Origin: a virus
Taxonomy: Duplodnaviria > Heunggongvirae > Uroviricota > Caudoviricetes
Virus record (IMG/VR): IMGVR_UViG_3300044475_000054
Span: 1 to 64,000 of that record
DNA length: 64,000 nt
Strand: one strand, 5' to 3'
How positions within the stretch are numbered: the stretch's first letter is position 1; every line of letters begins with the position of its first letter. This document shows, in pieces, positions 1 to 9,275 of this stretch. The notes beneath the pieces were generated by a model. The model worked only from the letters and a program-made list of their open reading frames with translations. It had not been told where the DNA came from and did no database searches. The translations under genes were made by a program, and so were the position numbers.

Positions 1-188
1 ATAACTTCTAGTAATACTTAAGGTATATGTATATACACTATTAGAATACTTACAGTATTACATTTAGTATTAATTATATACATACTTGTGTTAGATATAT
101 ATATTAGTTATATAATACATACGAATACATTCCTTTGTGTTATTAATTATAAGTGCATTAAATTCTTTGTTGTTTAATACTTCTAGTG

Positions 189-217
189 TTGACACCATAC
201 TTGTATTTGTGTAATAT
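189..217 (+). promoter_or_regulatory. sigma70-like promoter ttgaca-N17-taatat driving the first early gene block
   Basis: TTGACA at 189-194, 17-nt spacer, TAATAT at 212-217. The same architecture recurs at 10401, 17526 and 21026. Confidence 0.5.
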
Positions 218-256
218 CCAATCATCAAATACAAATGAACAAATAGGAGATGTGTT

Positions 257-472
257 ATGAAAACTGACTACGTGTTTGGTGATCGTGTTAAGGTGTTACC
301 TAAGTTAGATGAAACAACAGACTATTCTAATAAGGTGTATGATGGCGATACTGGTTTTGTATTGGGTAATACTGGAAGCACTTTCCCTGTTGAGGTGCAA
401 TTTGTTGGTTACACAGAAGTGTTTATGTACGAAGAATTGGAGTTCTTAGGCTCGAATATTGAGGATGAATAA
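257..472 (+). CDS. hypothetical early protein
   Basis: ORF with AGGAG RBS (aaataggagatgtgttATG). First gene of a co-directional packed block. Confidence 0.55.
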   Translation: MKTDYVFGDRVKVLPKLDETTDYSNKVYDGDTGFVLGNTGSTFPVEVQFVGYTEVFMYEELEFLGSNIEDE

Positions 473-671
473 TATGAACTTAGATAACTTATCAAAACGA
501 TTCTGGAAAGCTTTAGACTTAATTAGTAAACTACCAGAACATGAACGATTAACTTTGTGTACACTACTAACAACTGTTGATCACAGTAATCCAAAGAGTG
601 AAACAACTTACAAGACAGATAAGTTTTATGATGTTAAGTGTTTCAGTAAGGAATTAGGAGATGAAAAATGA
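459..671 (+). CDS. hypothetical early protein
   Basis: ORF overlapping its neighbours by a few nt, typical of phage operon packing. Confidence 0.5.
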   Translation: MRMNNMNLDNLSKRFWKALDLISKLPEHERLTLCTLLTTVDHSNPKSETTYKTDKFYDVKCFSKELGDEK

Positions 672-904
672 GTAGCGGTATGGAAGCACCTGAATGGAAT
701 GATTTCCTTATGTCACTAGCCAATGATGGACGCTTTGTTGATTTAAAAGAAGTTCAATCTGTTGAGAATCAATTAAAATTTGCTAACTCAAAGTTAGGAG
801 AAATAGCTTTGGTGTTGCAGGAGTATTACACAGGAAGTTATACAACAATTGAAGAATTAGCTGGTGAGATAAGCGTTGTGTTGTATGGTGAAGAAGATGA
901 CTAA
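668..904 (+). CDS. hypothetical early protein
   Basis: ORF whose start overlaps the upstream stop (ATGA). Confidence 0.5.
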   Translation: MSSGMEAPEWNDFLMSLANDGRFVDLKEVQSVENQLKFANSKLGEIALVLQEYYTGSYTTIEELAGEISVVLYGEEDD

Positions 905-1178
905 CCTGATGCAAGATTTAATGTTTTCCATTAAGAAAGAAATTGATTACCAACCAATCTTAGAAGAAGCTTGTAAACGTGTTGTTGAGAAATATAACCC
1001 TTACCCAAGTCAATGTAATTTAGACTACTTCTATGACCATAAACATATGGTCGAAAGTATCAACGTAAAGATTGGTGATGTTGTTCATGCTGTTGTAGTG
1101 TGTGGTAAGTTTATTGAAAATATTGATCCAAACAAACTACAATATACAAAACCATATGTTATTTATTTAGGAGATTAA
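876..1178 (+). CDS. hypothetical early protein (start uncertain, alternative ATGs at 885 and 897)
   Basis: 100-aa ORF. The 5' end overlaps the previous gene by 29 nt, so the true start is probably downstream. Confidence 0.45.
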   Translation: MCCMVKKMTNLMQDLMFSIKKEIDYQPILEEACKRVVEKYNPYPSQCNLDYFYDHKHMVESINVKIGDVVHAVVVCGKFIENIDPNKLQYTKPYVIYLGD

Positions 1179-1179
1179 G

Positions 1180-1695
1180 ATGGGAGTTATACTGTTTTTA
1201 ATTGTGTTGTGTGCGTTGGGTTTTGTAGGATTCCTAATATACAATGCAGATACAAAAGATGATAATCAAGGTGTCGTGTTACCAATTAAGCAAAGGTTTA
1301 AGAACGCTGATGATATGCAGAGACAATTCTTAGAAGCGTACATATGGGCTTGTAATGTATTTGGTGTAAAAAAGAATGTGTACGATACCTTGTATGAAAA
1401 TTGTGTTAAATACCCAAGTTTAGGTGTTGTGTACCACACATATTATGAAGTTTCAACATCAACCTACTCTCACTACCCTAATATTCCTCAAACAAACAAT
1501 AAAGTACGTACTTGGGATAACGTCATACAACAGGAGAAATTTGTCATAGAGTTTCTAGGGATTGTGAATAAACTTCGAAATAGTATAGATGCTGAAGAAG
1601 TTAAATTATTTACAAAATACAATATTCCTTTTAAAAACTTGTTGACAAGAGAGTTTGAAGTGAATACTATGAAACTGTTTTCACTACCTCAATAA
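1180..1695 (+). CDS. membrane-anchored hypothetical protein (N-terminal TM helix)
   Basis: N-terminus MGVILFLIVLCALGFVGFLIY is a hydrophobic helix. RBS ggagattaagATG. Confidence 0.55.
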   Translation: MGVILFLIVLCALGFVGFLIYNADTKDDNQGVVLPIKQRFKNADDMQRQFLEAYIWACNVFGVKKNVYDTLYENCVKYPSLGVVYHTYYEVSTSTYSHYPNIPQTNNKVRTWDNVIQQEKFVIEFLGIVNKLRNSIDAEEVKLFTKYNIPFKNLLTREFEVNTMKLFSLPQ

Positions 1696-1744
1696 ACACT
1701 TAGCTATTTAGCTAACAAATATTTAAACATTAAGGAGCAACAAA

Positions 1745-2413
1745 ATGTCTTGGTTAAAGAAATTATTTACTGTATCAACTAACTCAGTAAACCAAACAAT
1801 GAATAATGCAGTAGAATCACTTGTAGATATTAAACGTGAAGGTAACGCTTTGATTTCACAATTAGACAAAGATATTAATTCACTACATTCTCGTGTTGTT
1901 GAAGCACAGAAAGAAATTCAACTAAGTAGTTTTGAAATTAGTAAGAATGATGAATTAATTTATAACCACACAGAGACAGCTAAACGAGCTATCAAAGCAG
2001 GAAATGATGAAGATGCTACACACGCCCTTAGTCGTGTTGAAGGGTTGGAAATGATCTCTAAGACACACCAACAGACAATTGATATTCTACAACCAATCGT
2101 AGATCAACAGATTGAGCACATAAACAAGATGGTTAGTGAGAAGCAACTACTTAAAGCTGAGATTACTCGTTTAGATTTGGAAGAACGTCAATACAAACTA
2201 CGAGCTTCTTTACTTGGCAACACTGGTGTAGAGAAAGGTGGAATTGACATTAACTACTTACGTGAACGTGTAATGAATGCTCGTGCTACTTGTGAAGCTA
2301 AAGAGATCGTTGCATCTAAAGTTACATCAACACAAGTTGACAATGTTCAAGCAACGCCAAGTAATGTTAAATCACGATTAGAAGCTTTGAAAGAGGAAGT
2401 TAAAAGCTCTTAA
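1745..2413 (+). CDS. PspA/IM30 (phage shock protein A / Vipp1 / ESCRT-III-like) family protein
   Basis: The N-terminus (MSWLKKLFTVSTNSVNQTMNNAVESLVDIKREG) mirrors the PspA start [28 protein letters not shown]. The rest is coiled-coil and 222 aa long. RBS taaggagcaacaaaATG. Confidence 0.5.
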   Translation: MSWLKKLFTVSTNSVNQTMNNAVESLVDIKREGNALISQLDKDINSLHSRVVEAQKEIQLSSFEISKNDELIYNHTETAKRAIKAGNDEDATHALSRVEGLEMISKTHQQTIDILQPIVDQQIEHINKMVSEKQLLKAEITRLDLEERQYKLRASLLGNTGVEKGGIDINYLRERVMNARATCEAKEIVASKVTSTQVDNVQATPSNVKSRLEALKEEVKSS

Positions 2414-2451
2414 TTTGACAAATCTGTGACAGTAGTGTTACTATATGAATA

Positions 2452-2484
2452 GGGAGGCTAAATGCTTCCCTTTTTTATTACCAC
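2452..2484 (+). terminator. rho-independent terminator after the PspA-like gene
   Basis: gggaggc-taaat-gcttccc hairpin followed by a T6 run. Confidence 0.5.
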
Positions 2485-2535
2485 GTTCTTTAGTGGGTTA
2501 TCAAAGATACCCAAGAACAGTTAAATAGGAAAATT

Positions 2536-3045
2536 ATGTTTATATTAAAGAAATTAAGAAAGCTCTCAAAAGTGTTAGCTATATGTCTCGTATTTGGCTC
2601 TTTATCGTCTATTACAGCGACTTTACAAGCTGAGACTAATCCTAAACAGTCTCAAACACAAACGCTCTCAAATAAGCAGATAGAGTGTCTTAAGATCAAC
2701 GCTTACATGGAAGCTCGTAATCAAGGTGTAAAAGGAATGCAAGCTGTTACTTGGGTAGTGCTAAACAGGACTAAGCATCCATCATACCCATCAACCCCTT
2801 GTGCTGTCATATACAGCCCCCTACAGTTTAGCTGGACAAGAGGTGGTACAAAGGTGCAGGTTAAAGAGAAAGACGCTTATATGCAAGCTGAGAGAGTTGT
2901 AGAGGGTGTTCTAAGCGGTAAGCTAAAGGATAATACAAACTCATCTACACACTTCCACTCAACACGTATTAAACCTGTTTGGGCTAATCGACTATCTTAC
3001 ACAACAACGATTGGTAGTCATTGTTTTTACAAGTTGAAGAAATAA
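2536..3045 (+). CDS. secreted cell-wall hydrolase, SleB/CwlJ (Hydrolase_2) family
   Basis: Signal peptide (MFILKKLRKLSKVLAICLVFGSLSSITATLQA). Hydrolase_2 motifs: CLKINAYMEARNQG, AVTWVVLNRTKHPSYP, QFSWTRGG, and a C-terminal IGSHCFYK. Confidence 0.7.
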   Translation: MFILKKLRKLSKVLAICLVFGSLSSITATLQAETNPKQSQTQTLSNKQIECLKINAYMEARNQGVKGMQAVTWVVLNRTKHPSYPSTPCAVIYSPLQFSWTRGGTKVQVKEKDAYMQAERVVEGVLSGKLKDNTNSSTHFHSTRIKPVWANRLSYTTTIGSHCFYKLKK

Positions 3046-3143
3046 TTTAAAATAATCTGATATTCGTATTGCAATTTGAGAATGTTTGTTATATTCTTTG
3101 TTTATCGAAACAAATGTTGTAATACGAATTAAGGAGATATAAA

Positions 3144-3341
3144 ATGAGTAACTTAAAATATGCACCAAATGAGACGGTTATTTTTCTTGAGCGTCAAGGT
3201 TATTGTGGACAAATAGTTGTACACTATTGTTCTGGTGAGGTAGCAAACCGATATGAGAAATTGTCGGACATCCCTGAAAGTTGCGGTGGAATATTTTACC
3301 GAACAAACATATCACAATCTGGAGAATCATTATGTGGATGA
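3144..3341 (+). CDS. hypothetical protein (Cys-rich)
   Basis: RBS aaggagatataaaATG. Confidence 0.5.
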   Translation: MSNLKYAPNETVIFLERQGYCGQIVVHYCSGEVANRYEKLSDIPESCGGIFYRTNISQSGESLCG

Positions 3342-3511
3342 AGATTAACAGTAACTTAACAAACATTGAACATGATAAGTGGTATAAAACTTCTATGTTT
3401 CATAATGATGAATACCAAACTGTTCAAGTTATGAAGTTTTATCGTGGTTTGTGGTGGACATCGGATGATGTATACACATATTATGCACCTTCACATATTT
3501 GGAAAGATTAG
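3332..3511 (+). CDS. hypothetical protein (start moved to ATG 3332 from the track ORF 3281)
   Basis: In-frame ATG preceded by ggaga, and it abuts the upstream gene. Confidence 0.4.
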   Translation: MWMKINSNLTNIEHDKWYKTSMFHNDEYQTVQVMKFYRGLWWTSDDVYTYYAPSHIWKD

Positions 3512-3520
3512 GAGAGAGCG

Positions 3521-3703
3521 ATGAAAACATTAGATGACGTATTATACGGGTTGCGAGTTAAGATAGTTTGTGACGATTATAATGAATGCTTTGGTACAAT
3601 CATAGAGGTTACAGATAACGCAAGACCTTTTACAGTGAATGTTGATTATCTTGGTGTAACTGAGTTCAATACAAGCGAACTTATTATTTTAGAGGATGTA
3701 TAA
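3521..3703 (+). CDS. hypothetical protein
   Basis: RBS aggagagagcgATG. Confidence 0.5.
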   Translation: MKTLDDVLYGLRVKIVCDDYNECFGTIIEVTDNARPFTVNVDYLGVTEFNTSELIILEDV

Positions 3704-4139
3704 TATGGGTAACAACTTAACATTACAACAAATGGAATCTTTAGACATTGGAAAATGGATGTCAGATGTTGAGAAAGAAAAAGCAATTGCTAAAGCTTTA
3801 GAACTGCAAGCTGTGTGCTTAGAAACTTCTAATGAGGTTTTAAAGAAAAAGACTCTTGAAGAAACACTACGAGATGGTGGTCTATTTACTTATACACTTG
3901 GAAAGAAGAAGTACAAGTTGAATGTACTAACCAAAGCCGATCTTGCTTTGTTGGATAACATCGAGAATGATATTGAAGCTGGAATTGAGTATGATATTGT
4001 TAAACCTTTTCGCTACCATGTGTTGACAGCGTTAGATACATATCTTACAATCAAAGCTCAAACATACACAGAAGCACAATCCGTAGTTGATTCAATACTG
4101 GGTGTTGGTCGTTATAGCGTCAGTGCTTCAAATCTTTAA
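3696..4139 (+). CDS. hypothetical protein
   Basis: 147-aa ORF overlapping the previous stop. Confidence 0.5.
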   Translation: MYNMGNNLTLQQMESLDIGKWMSDVEKEKAIAKALELQAVCLETSNEVLKKKTLEETLRDGGLFTYTLGKKKYKLNVLTKADLALLDNIENDIEAGIEYDIVKPFRYHVLTALDTYLTIKAQTYTEAQSVVDSILGVGRYSVSASNL

Positions 4140-4153
4140 TTAAGGAGAAACAA

Positions 4154-4642
4154 ATGAGTAGTTCAGTAACAAGTAAATTTAAGAAAGGTGACAAGGTGAT
4201 TCGTGTAGGTAACACATCAGCGATTGGTGTTGAGTTTGGTGAAGTATACACGGTAAACAATCCAAGTAGTCATAGTGGTCGTTACGAGGGTGAATTACAT
4301 AATCACGTAACATTAGTAGAAGTCAAAAGTACACCTAGTGACAAATACCTTGAGTTATATGTTGAACAACGTAATTATCGTGAAATGAGTCAAAACGATT
4401 TAATTACAATCTCAATTAATGGTGTTGAATCGGAAGTACCTCTTGGTGATATTATCCATGCTGTAGCTATTCTTGGTGTTACGAACGGTTATCATGGTGC
4501 TCGTATTTGGGAAGCTTTACGCAAACCTTTTGACCACGAAGGTTTTGTACAAGATATGGACACAGTAGTTGAGTTTAGAGATAAACAGAAAGAAGCTCTT
4601 GATTATTTCTTTAAACCTTATTATGATAAGCAACAGAAATAG
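4154..4642 (+). CDS. hypothetical protein
   Basis: RBS taaggagaaacaaATG. 162 aa. Confidence 0.55.
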   Translation: MSSSVTSKFKKGDKVIRVGNTSAIGVEFGEVYTVNNPSSHSGRYEGELHNHVTLVEVKSTPSDKYLELYVEQRNYREMSQNDLITISINGVESEVPLGDIIHAVAILGVTNGYHGARIWEALRKPFDHEGFVQDMDTVVEFRDKQKEALDYFFKPYYDKQQK

Positions 4643-4738
4643 AAAGATGAGTTGAAAACTCTTATTGCGTCTAAAATGGAAGAGGTAGATGCTTTGGTTA
4701 AACAGTTAAACCAGTTAAATCAGATGTAGAGAATACAA

Positions 4739-4924
4739 ATGCGTACATACAACAAAGGTAATACACAAAACGTAAAGCAAGCTCGTAAACAGAGTAAAGA
4801 ATTGCGTAAGTTGAAGAGTGGTCGTAATATAAGCTCAGGTATTGAACCTGATGAAGTTGTGAAAGGTCAACAATACAGTTATCATTATGAAGATGATTAT
4901 AATGCTTATGAAGGAGAGTGGTGA
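4739..4924 (+). CDS. hypothetical basic protein
   Basis: Lys/Arg-rich N-terminus. ORF in the co-directional block. Confidence 0.4.
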   Translation: MRTYNKGNTQNVKQARKQSKELRKLKSGRNISSGIEPDEVVKGQQYSYHYEDDYNAYEGEW

Positions 4925-5202
4925 TGGATAAATTGCTTACATCAGAAGAAGCTAAGTTAGCTTGGGCTAAGGGTGAAATTGTACTATACAGTAACAACAA
5001 TACACCGTGGCAATGCTTGAATGACACAGATTTTTATTCTAGTATATTTAAGAATGCGCATTATACTTTTAAATTGAAACCAGCAACCGTGTTGATACAC
5101 GGTAATGAAATGGAGAAAGAGAAGGCGTTTGCTTACTTGTCAGGATTATTTGATGTAGATTGGGAAAAGATTAAAGGAATTTTAAATGAAACTACTCCCT
5201 GA
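4918..5202 (+). CDS. hypothetical protein
   Basis: RBS ggagagtggtgATG, overlapping the upstream stop. Confidence 0.5.
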   Translation: MVMDKLLTSEEAKLAWAKGEIVLYSNNNTPWQCLNDTDFYSSIFKNAHYTFKLKPATVLIHGNEMEKEKAFAYLSGLFDVDWEKIKGILNETTP

Positions 5203-5434
5203 AACACCAACAGAAGATATGTGGGTCGGAACAGCTCGACAACTAGTTAGGTATATGCAGATGAAAGATCGTTATTGTCCTGCTTCATTGAAGAAGCACT
5301 TTGATCGATTTATTGGAGAAATTCCTGATTGGTTAAACGAAGAAGTAAATGATTGGACATCTGAACATGCTTTTGTAACTGCTGATCTTGGTGTATTTAT
5401 TTATAAAGCGATGTATCACGAATATAAAGAGTGA
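5186..5434 (+). CDS. hypothetical protein
   Basis: ORF with overlapping start/stop. Confidence 0.45.
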   Translation: MKLLPETPTEDMWVGTARQLVRYMQMKDRYCPASLKKHFDRFIGEIPDWLNEEVNDWTSEHAFVTADLGVFIYKAMYHEYKE

Positions 5435-5437
5435 AGT

Positions 5438-5647
5438 ATGAAACGTAAATATGATTGGTCAAACGTACCAAAAGAGGTTAAGTACTTAGCCAAAGATTCA
5501 GACGACCCATTCGCTTTTGGGTTTTCAGAAAAACCTACAAAAGATCGAAAGATGTGGTTAGGCATGGTTGTTGATGGGTGTTTAGACCTAAGATTAACTT
5601 GTAATGAAGATTGGGAAAACAGCTTAGAGGAACGACCAAATGAGTAA
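5438..5647 (+). CDS. hypothetical protein
   Basis: RBS gagtgaagtATG. Confidence 0.45.
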   Translation: MKRKYDWSNVPKEVKYLAKDSDDPFAFGFSEKPTKDRKMWLGMVVDGCLDLRLTCNEDWENSLEERPNE

Positions 5648-5846
5648 TTGGATTAGAACCAAAGACAAGTTACCTGAAGACTTAGATAAGGTTGATCTAT
5701 TAATTAACGCAAAGCGAAGATTAATAGGCTGTACCTATACAGATAACAAGTTTTACACTCACCAATTTAAAGATGAATATTGGGCAGAGATTACAAACAA
5801 CGTTACGCATTGGATGTTAATTCCTGAACTACCAAAAGGTGAATAA
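5640..5846 (+). CDS. hypothetical protein
   Basis: ORF overlapping the upstream stop. Confidence 0.45.
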   Translation: MSNWIRTKDKLPEDLDKVDLLINAKRRLIGCTYTDNKFYTHQFKDEYWAEITNNVTHWMLIPELPKGE

Positions 5847-6112
5847 TGAATAATCAATCTTATTTTACAGCATCCTCTATGCAAACAATGCAAGGGTTGC
5901 TTGGGCAGCTTAGAGTTAAAGTAGACTACTCTAAACACAAAGAAGCTAATGTGTTAATCTTATTAGATACAGGTGTTTATTTATTGTCATCTGTTAATGC
6001 ACCAGAACGTAGTTGTAAGACGTATTTAAGTGATAAAGATACCACAATGCAAGTTGATGTAGTGGATATTATGAAAGTTACCCAACAGAGTGTTTGTTGG
6101 TGTGAATTGTAA
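5846..6112 (+). CDS. hypothetical protein
   Basis: RBS aaaggtgaataATG. Confidence 0.45.
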   Translation: MNNQSYFTASSMQTMQGLLGQLRVKVDYSKHKEANVLILLDTGVYLLSSVNAPERSCKTYLSDKDTTMQVDVVDIMKVTQQSVCWCEL

Positions 6113-6132
6113 ATTAATTAAGGAGAAGTAAG

Positions 6133-6819
6133 TTGAAACAAGTTGTATTATTTGACGCACCAGAAAACATTGATCAAAAGGTTGTGTTTTTAGCACGAGT
6201 ATCCAGTGAAAACCAAGATAACCCTAAGTATGAAGGCTTGATGAATTATCTAATTCGAGAAGGACATTGGTCTCCTCTTGACATGGTTAATTTAACCTTT
6301 GAAATTAATACAGAAAAAGATGTAGGTATTCAATTACTACGACATCAGACGCTTAAACCGCAAGAGTGGTCACAACGGTATGCGGATTGTTCAAACATGA
6401 AATCAGAGTTACGCGAGTGTCGTGTACAGGATGAGAAGAACCGTCAGAACAGCTTTGTGTCGGATGATTTAAAATTAATTCAGTGGTGGGTGAACGCTCA
6501 GTTTCAATTACAACACCACGCTTTCAAATTGTATGAGGAGTCTCTGAGTAAAGGGATTGCTAAAGAGTTAGCACGCTCTTTACTCCCAATCGGGCTAACA
6601 TCTACTAAGATGTACTTCAATGCAAGTTTACGATCTTGGTTATTCTACTGTTTATCAAGAACGCACGTAAGTACACAGAAAGAGCATCGAATTGTTGCTC
6701 AACAAGTTTTGGTTGAATTGTTGAATAAAGCCCCTTGCGCTACAAATGCTTTTATTAAGCTGTTTATGCTACCAAAGCAAGATCAATATGATTTTGACTT
6801 TACATTGTTGTGTGAATAA
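6133..6819 (+). CDS. thyX: flavin-dependent thymidylate synthase ThyX-like (divergent, RHQ-x7-SQRY motif), TTG start
   Basis: Signature LLRHQTLKPQEWSQRY matches the ThyX motif RHR-x7-S-x-RY, with Gln replacing the third Arg. It is 228 aa, which is ThyX-sized. RBS aaggag sits 7 nt before TTG. Confidence 0.55.
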   Translation: MKQVVLFDAPENIDQKVVFLARVSSENQDNPKYEGLMNYLIREGHWSPLDMVNLTFEINTEKDVGIQLLRHQTLKPQEWSQRYADCSNMKSELRECRVQDEKNRQNSFVSDDLKLIQWWVNAQFQLQHHAFKLYEESLSKGIAKELARSLLPIGLTSTKMYFNASLRSWLFYCLSRTHVSTQKEHRIVAQQVLVELLNKAPCATNAFIKLFMLPKQDQYDFDFTLLCE

Positions 6820-6972
6820 TTAAAGATGATACTATTTATCCAAAATTTGATGTTAACTGTAATGGCTATTTTACTATCTTACATTTTTAATAGTTGGGTA
6901 ATTAGTATCATTGTCATTATGTTATTTTCATTCATTATTTATTGGTTCACAGAGAGAGTTTAAGGAGAGGTT

Positions 6973-7254
6973 ATGTTTAATTACGCTTTGAGTGTGTTTG
7001 TTGCATTCTTATTTTACGGTGTTATCTTTAACATCTTACAGAAAGTACAACCTGATTGGTACGACACAGATTTAAATGGGGGTTTTGGTTGGTTCGTTGT
7101 TGGAGTATGTGCTTGTCTGTGGTTTATATCGTTGCCAGTATCGTTACTAATTCTTATCTTATTTGTTCTAAAACTGTTGACAGATAAAATTTCAGACCTT
7201 ATACTTAACCACGTTGAAAAACGTAAATTAAAGAAAACAACTGAGGAGATTTAA
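6973..7254 (+). CDS. small integral membrane protein (2 TM helices)
   Basis: Two hydrophobic stretches (VFVAFLFYGVIFNIL and FVVGVCACLWFISLPVSLLILILFVL). RBS aaggagaggttATG. Confidence 0.55.
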   Translation: MFNYALSVFVAFLFYGVIFNILQKVQPDWYDTDLNGGFGWFVVGVCACLWFISLPVSLLILILFVLKLLTDKISDLILNHVEKRKLKKTTEEI

Positions 7255-7255
7255 A

Positions 7256-8062
7256 ATGAAGAAATTATTAGCAGCTATGTTAATCGGTACAACAATGTTA
7301 ACAGCAGCATGTTCAAAAGTAACAGATGCGGATGTTGGTATTCGTCAAACATTCAGTGGTGAAATTGAAGATGTTACACTAAAACAAGGTATCCATCAAA
7401 CTGTTGTCGGTGATGTGATTAAAGTATCAAAGCGTAATCTTGTAATTAACGTAGAAGCACAACCGATTGTTGTTGAGAAAATCCCAATGCAAGCTTTCCA
7501 AATGAAAGTGAACTACGGTATTGTCCCTGAGAACGCTGCTATTGCGTATAAGACAGAGAAAGCGCAGCACATTATTACAGAAGATGGTGATGTCTATTTA
7601 CTTGGTCAGTATGTTCAGTATGTAGCTAACTCTGCTATCAATGATGTTGTAAGTAAATACAAAGCTTTAGAGGTTAACGACAATCGAGCAAAGATTGAGA
7701 CTGAAATTAAGGATACAATTAATGCTAAGTTGAAAGCACAAGGAAAAGATAAATTTGTGCGAGTAAATGAGATTAATATTCTTAAAGTATCTCCACCACA
7801 ATCTATCCTGAACTCATCATTAGCTATTGTTAATAGTGAAAATATGTTGAAAACTAAGAAGAATGAGTTGGAAGTTGCTAAAGTGGAGCAAGAGAAGATG
7901 AAAGTCTTAGCTGAACAAGCAGATACACAGTATGTTAACTTACTTCGTGCTGAGGCAGAGAAAACTAAATCAGAAGCTATGTTAAAAGCTGCTGAGAAAG
8001 GTTCTCTTGTAACTTATGTAGTTCCTGAATCATTTATAAGTTTGGGTAATTTAAACAAATAA
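7256..8062 (+). CDS. predicted lipoprotein with long coiled-coil C-terminal region
   Basis: Lipoprotein signal MKKLLAAMLIGTTMLTAAC with lipobox LTAAC. RBS tgaggagatttaaaATG. Confidence 0.55.
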   Translation: MKKLLAAMLIGTTMLTAACSKVTDADVGIRQTFSGEIEDVTLKQGIHQTVVGDVIKVSKRNLVINVEAQPIVVEKIPMQAFQMKVNYGIVPENAAIAYKTEKAQHIITEDGDVYLLGQYVQYVANSAINDVVSKYKALEVNDNRAKIETEIKDTINAKLKAQGKDKFVRVNEINILKVSPPQSILNSSLAIVNSENMLKTKKNELEVAKVEQEKMKVLAEQADTQYVNLLRAEAEKTKSEAMLKAAEKGSLVTYVVPESFISLGNLNK

Positions 8063-8069
8063 CAAATAT

Positions 8070-8104
8070 AACGCAATGACTTAAATAGTTGTTGCGTTTT
8101 TTAT
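8070..8104 (+). terminator. rho-independent terminator
   Basis: aacgcaa/ttgcgtt stem followed by T6. Confidence 0.5.
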
Positions 8105-8161
8105 TTAATTTGAGTATGATTGGCTTACTTAGAAAGTACGTTTATCAAATAGGGGATACAA

Positions 8162-8410
8162 ATGCACGCTTTAAATATTATGTGGTTATTGAGTGAAGTA
8201 GATTGTAATACAGAGGTTGATATTCGTTGCGTTAAAACGAAATCAGCAGATTGGATTGAAATTTCAACAAAGGATTTAGAGTATTATATTGACGAATACG
8301 GTTCTTGTCGATTAAAATACTTAGATCAACCAGTGAGTCTTGAGAAAGATATTGAATATTGGAATACGGTTAAAGAATGGGTTAAGAAATATTATCAGGA
8401 GAGTTTCTAA
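8162..8410 (+). CDS. hypothetical protein
   Basis: RBS ataggggatacaaATG. Confidence 0.45.
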   Translation: MHALNIMWLLSEVDCNTEVDIRCVKTKSADWIEISTKDLEYYIDEYGSCRLKYLDQPVSLEKDIEYWNTVKEWVKKYYQESF

Positions 8411-8772
8411 TGAAAGGTAAAGTAGAGATGACAATTGATCTAATTGGTTTGTTACACAACGAAGGTTGGTTAAGTGATAAACTGAAACAAGATTATGAAG
8501 AAAACCGTATTGGAGATCAACTCACGTATCAAGATTTAATGATTATTTGTGGAGATTTTGATTTCCTTGATAAGTTGTTTGAAGATAAGATTGAACCAGA
8601 ACAGATTGTGAATATAACTTACAAAGTGTACTGTCAACAGTATGGGCAAAATACTGGTTCACCAGAAGTCTTTAATAACTTGGTTGATGCGATTCAGTGC
8701 CAATACAAGTATAGTAGAAAGACTACACATTTTGGGTACGCTATTGAAGTTGATTATGAGGTGAAGAAATGA
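8410..8772 (+). CDS. hypothetical protein
   Basis: RBS caggagagtttctaATG. Confidence 0.5.
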   Translation: MKGKVEMTIDLIGLLHNEGWLSDKLKQDYEENRIGDQLTYQDLMIICGDFDFLDKLFEDKIEPEQIVNITYKVYCQQYGQNTGSPEVFNNLVDAIQCQYKYSRKTTHFGYAIEVDYEVKK

Positions 8773-9038
8773 AACTAATCAGCGCAATTAAAGTTAAAAC
8801 ACAAGCATTAAAAGACAAACGTAAAAATGTACGTCAGTTATTAGATTGTATTAAAGGGAAATCTTCACCTGATACGTTTTATTTATGCCAACGTATGTGT
8901 TATTACAACAATCTGAGTGATTGGGAGAAGAATCAATACTTTTGTTTGTTATCCGAACAGTACAAGTCTTTAACACAACAAATTGATTCTATTGGAAAGA
9001 CAATACTTTTCTTACGTGATAATAAATGGAGTTTCTAA
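8769..9038 (+). CDS. hypothetical protein
   Basis: ORF with ATGA overlap with the upstream gene. Confidence 0.45.
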   Translation: MKLISAIKVKTQALKDKRKNVRQLLDCIKGKSSPDTFYLCQRMCYYNNLSDWEKNQYFCLLSEQYKSLTQQIDSIGKTILFLRDNKWSF

Positions 9039-9265
9039 TGACAACTAAACAATCACAATACACCATCACATACGATGATTTTAATGATGCTTTCTTATGT
9101 GAGATAAACAACGAAACAATCTCAGCTAACTTTGTTGGAGAGATATTAAGTTATATTGCTAAGTTGTATGATTATGAACCAAAGATTATCTATTCAGAAT
9201 CTCATTTTGTTAAAGTATTAGAAGATGAGTTAAACATATCTATTGTAATGAGCTTTGATTATTGA
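9026..9265 (+). CDS. hypothetical protein
   Basis: ORF in the packed block. Confidence 0.45.
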   Translation: MEFLMTTKQSQYTITYDDFNDAFLCEINNETISANFVGEILSYIAKLYDYEPKIIYSESHFVKVLEDELNISIVMSFDY

Positions 9266-9275
9266 GGAGAAACAA

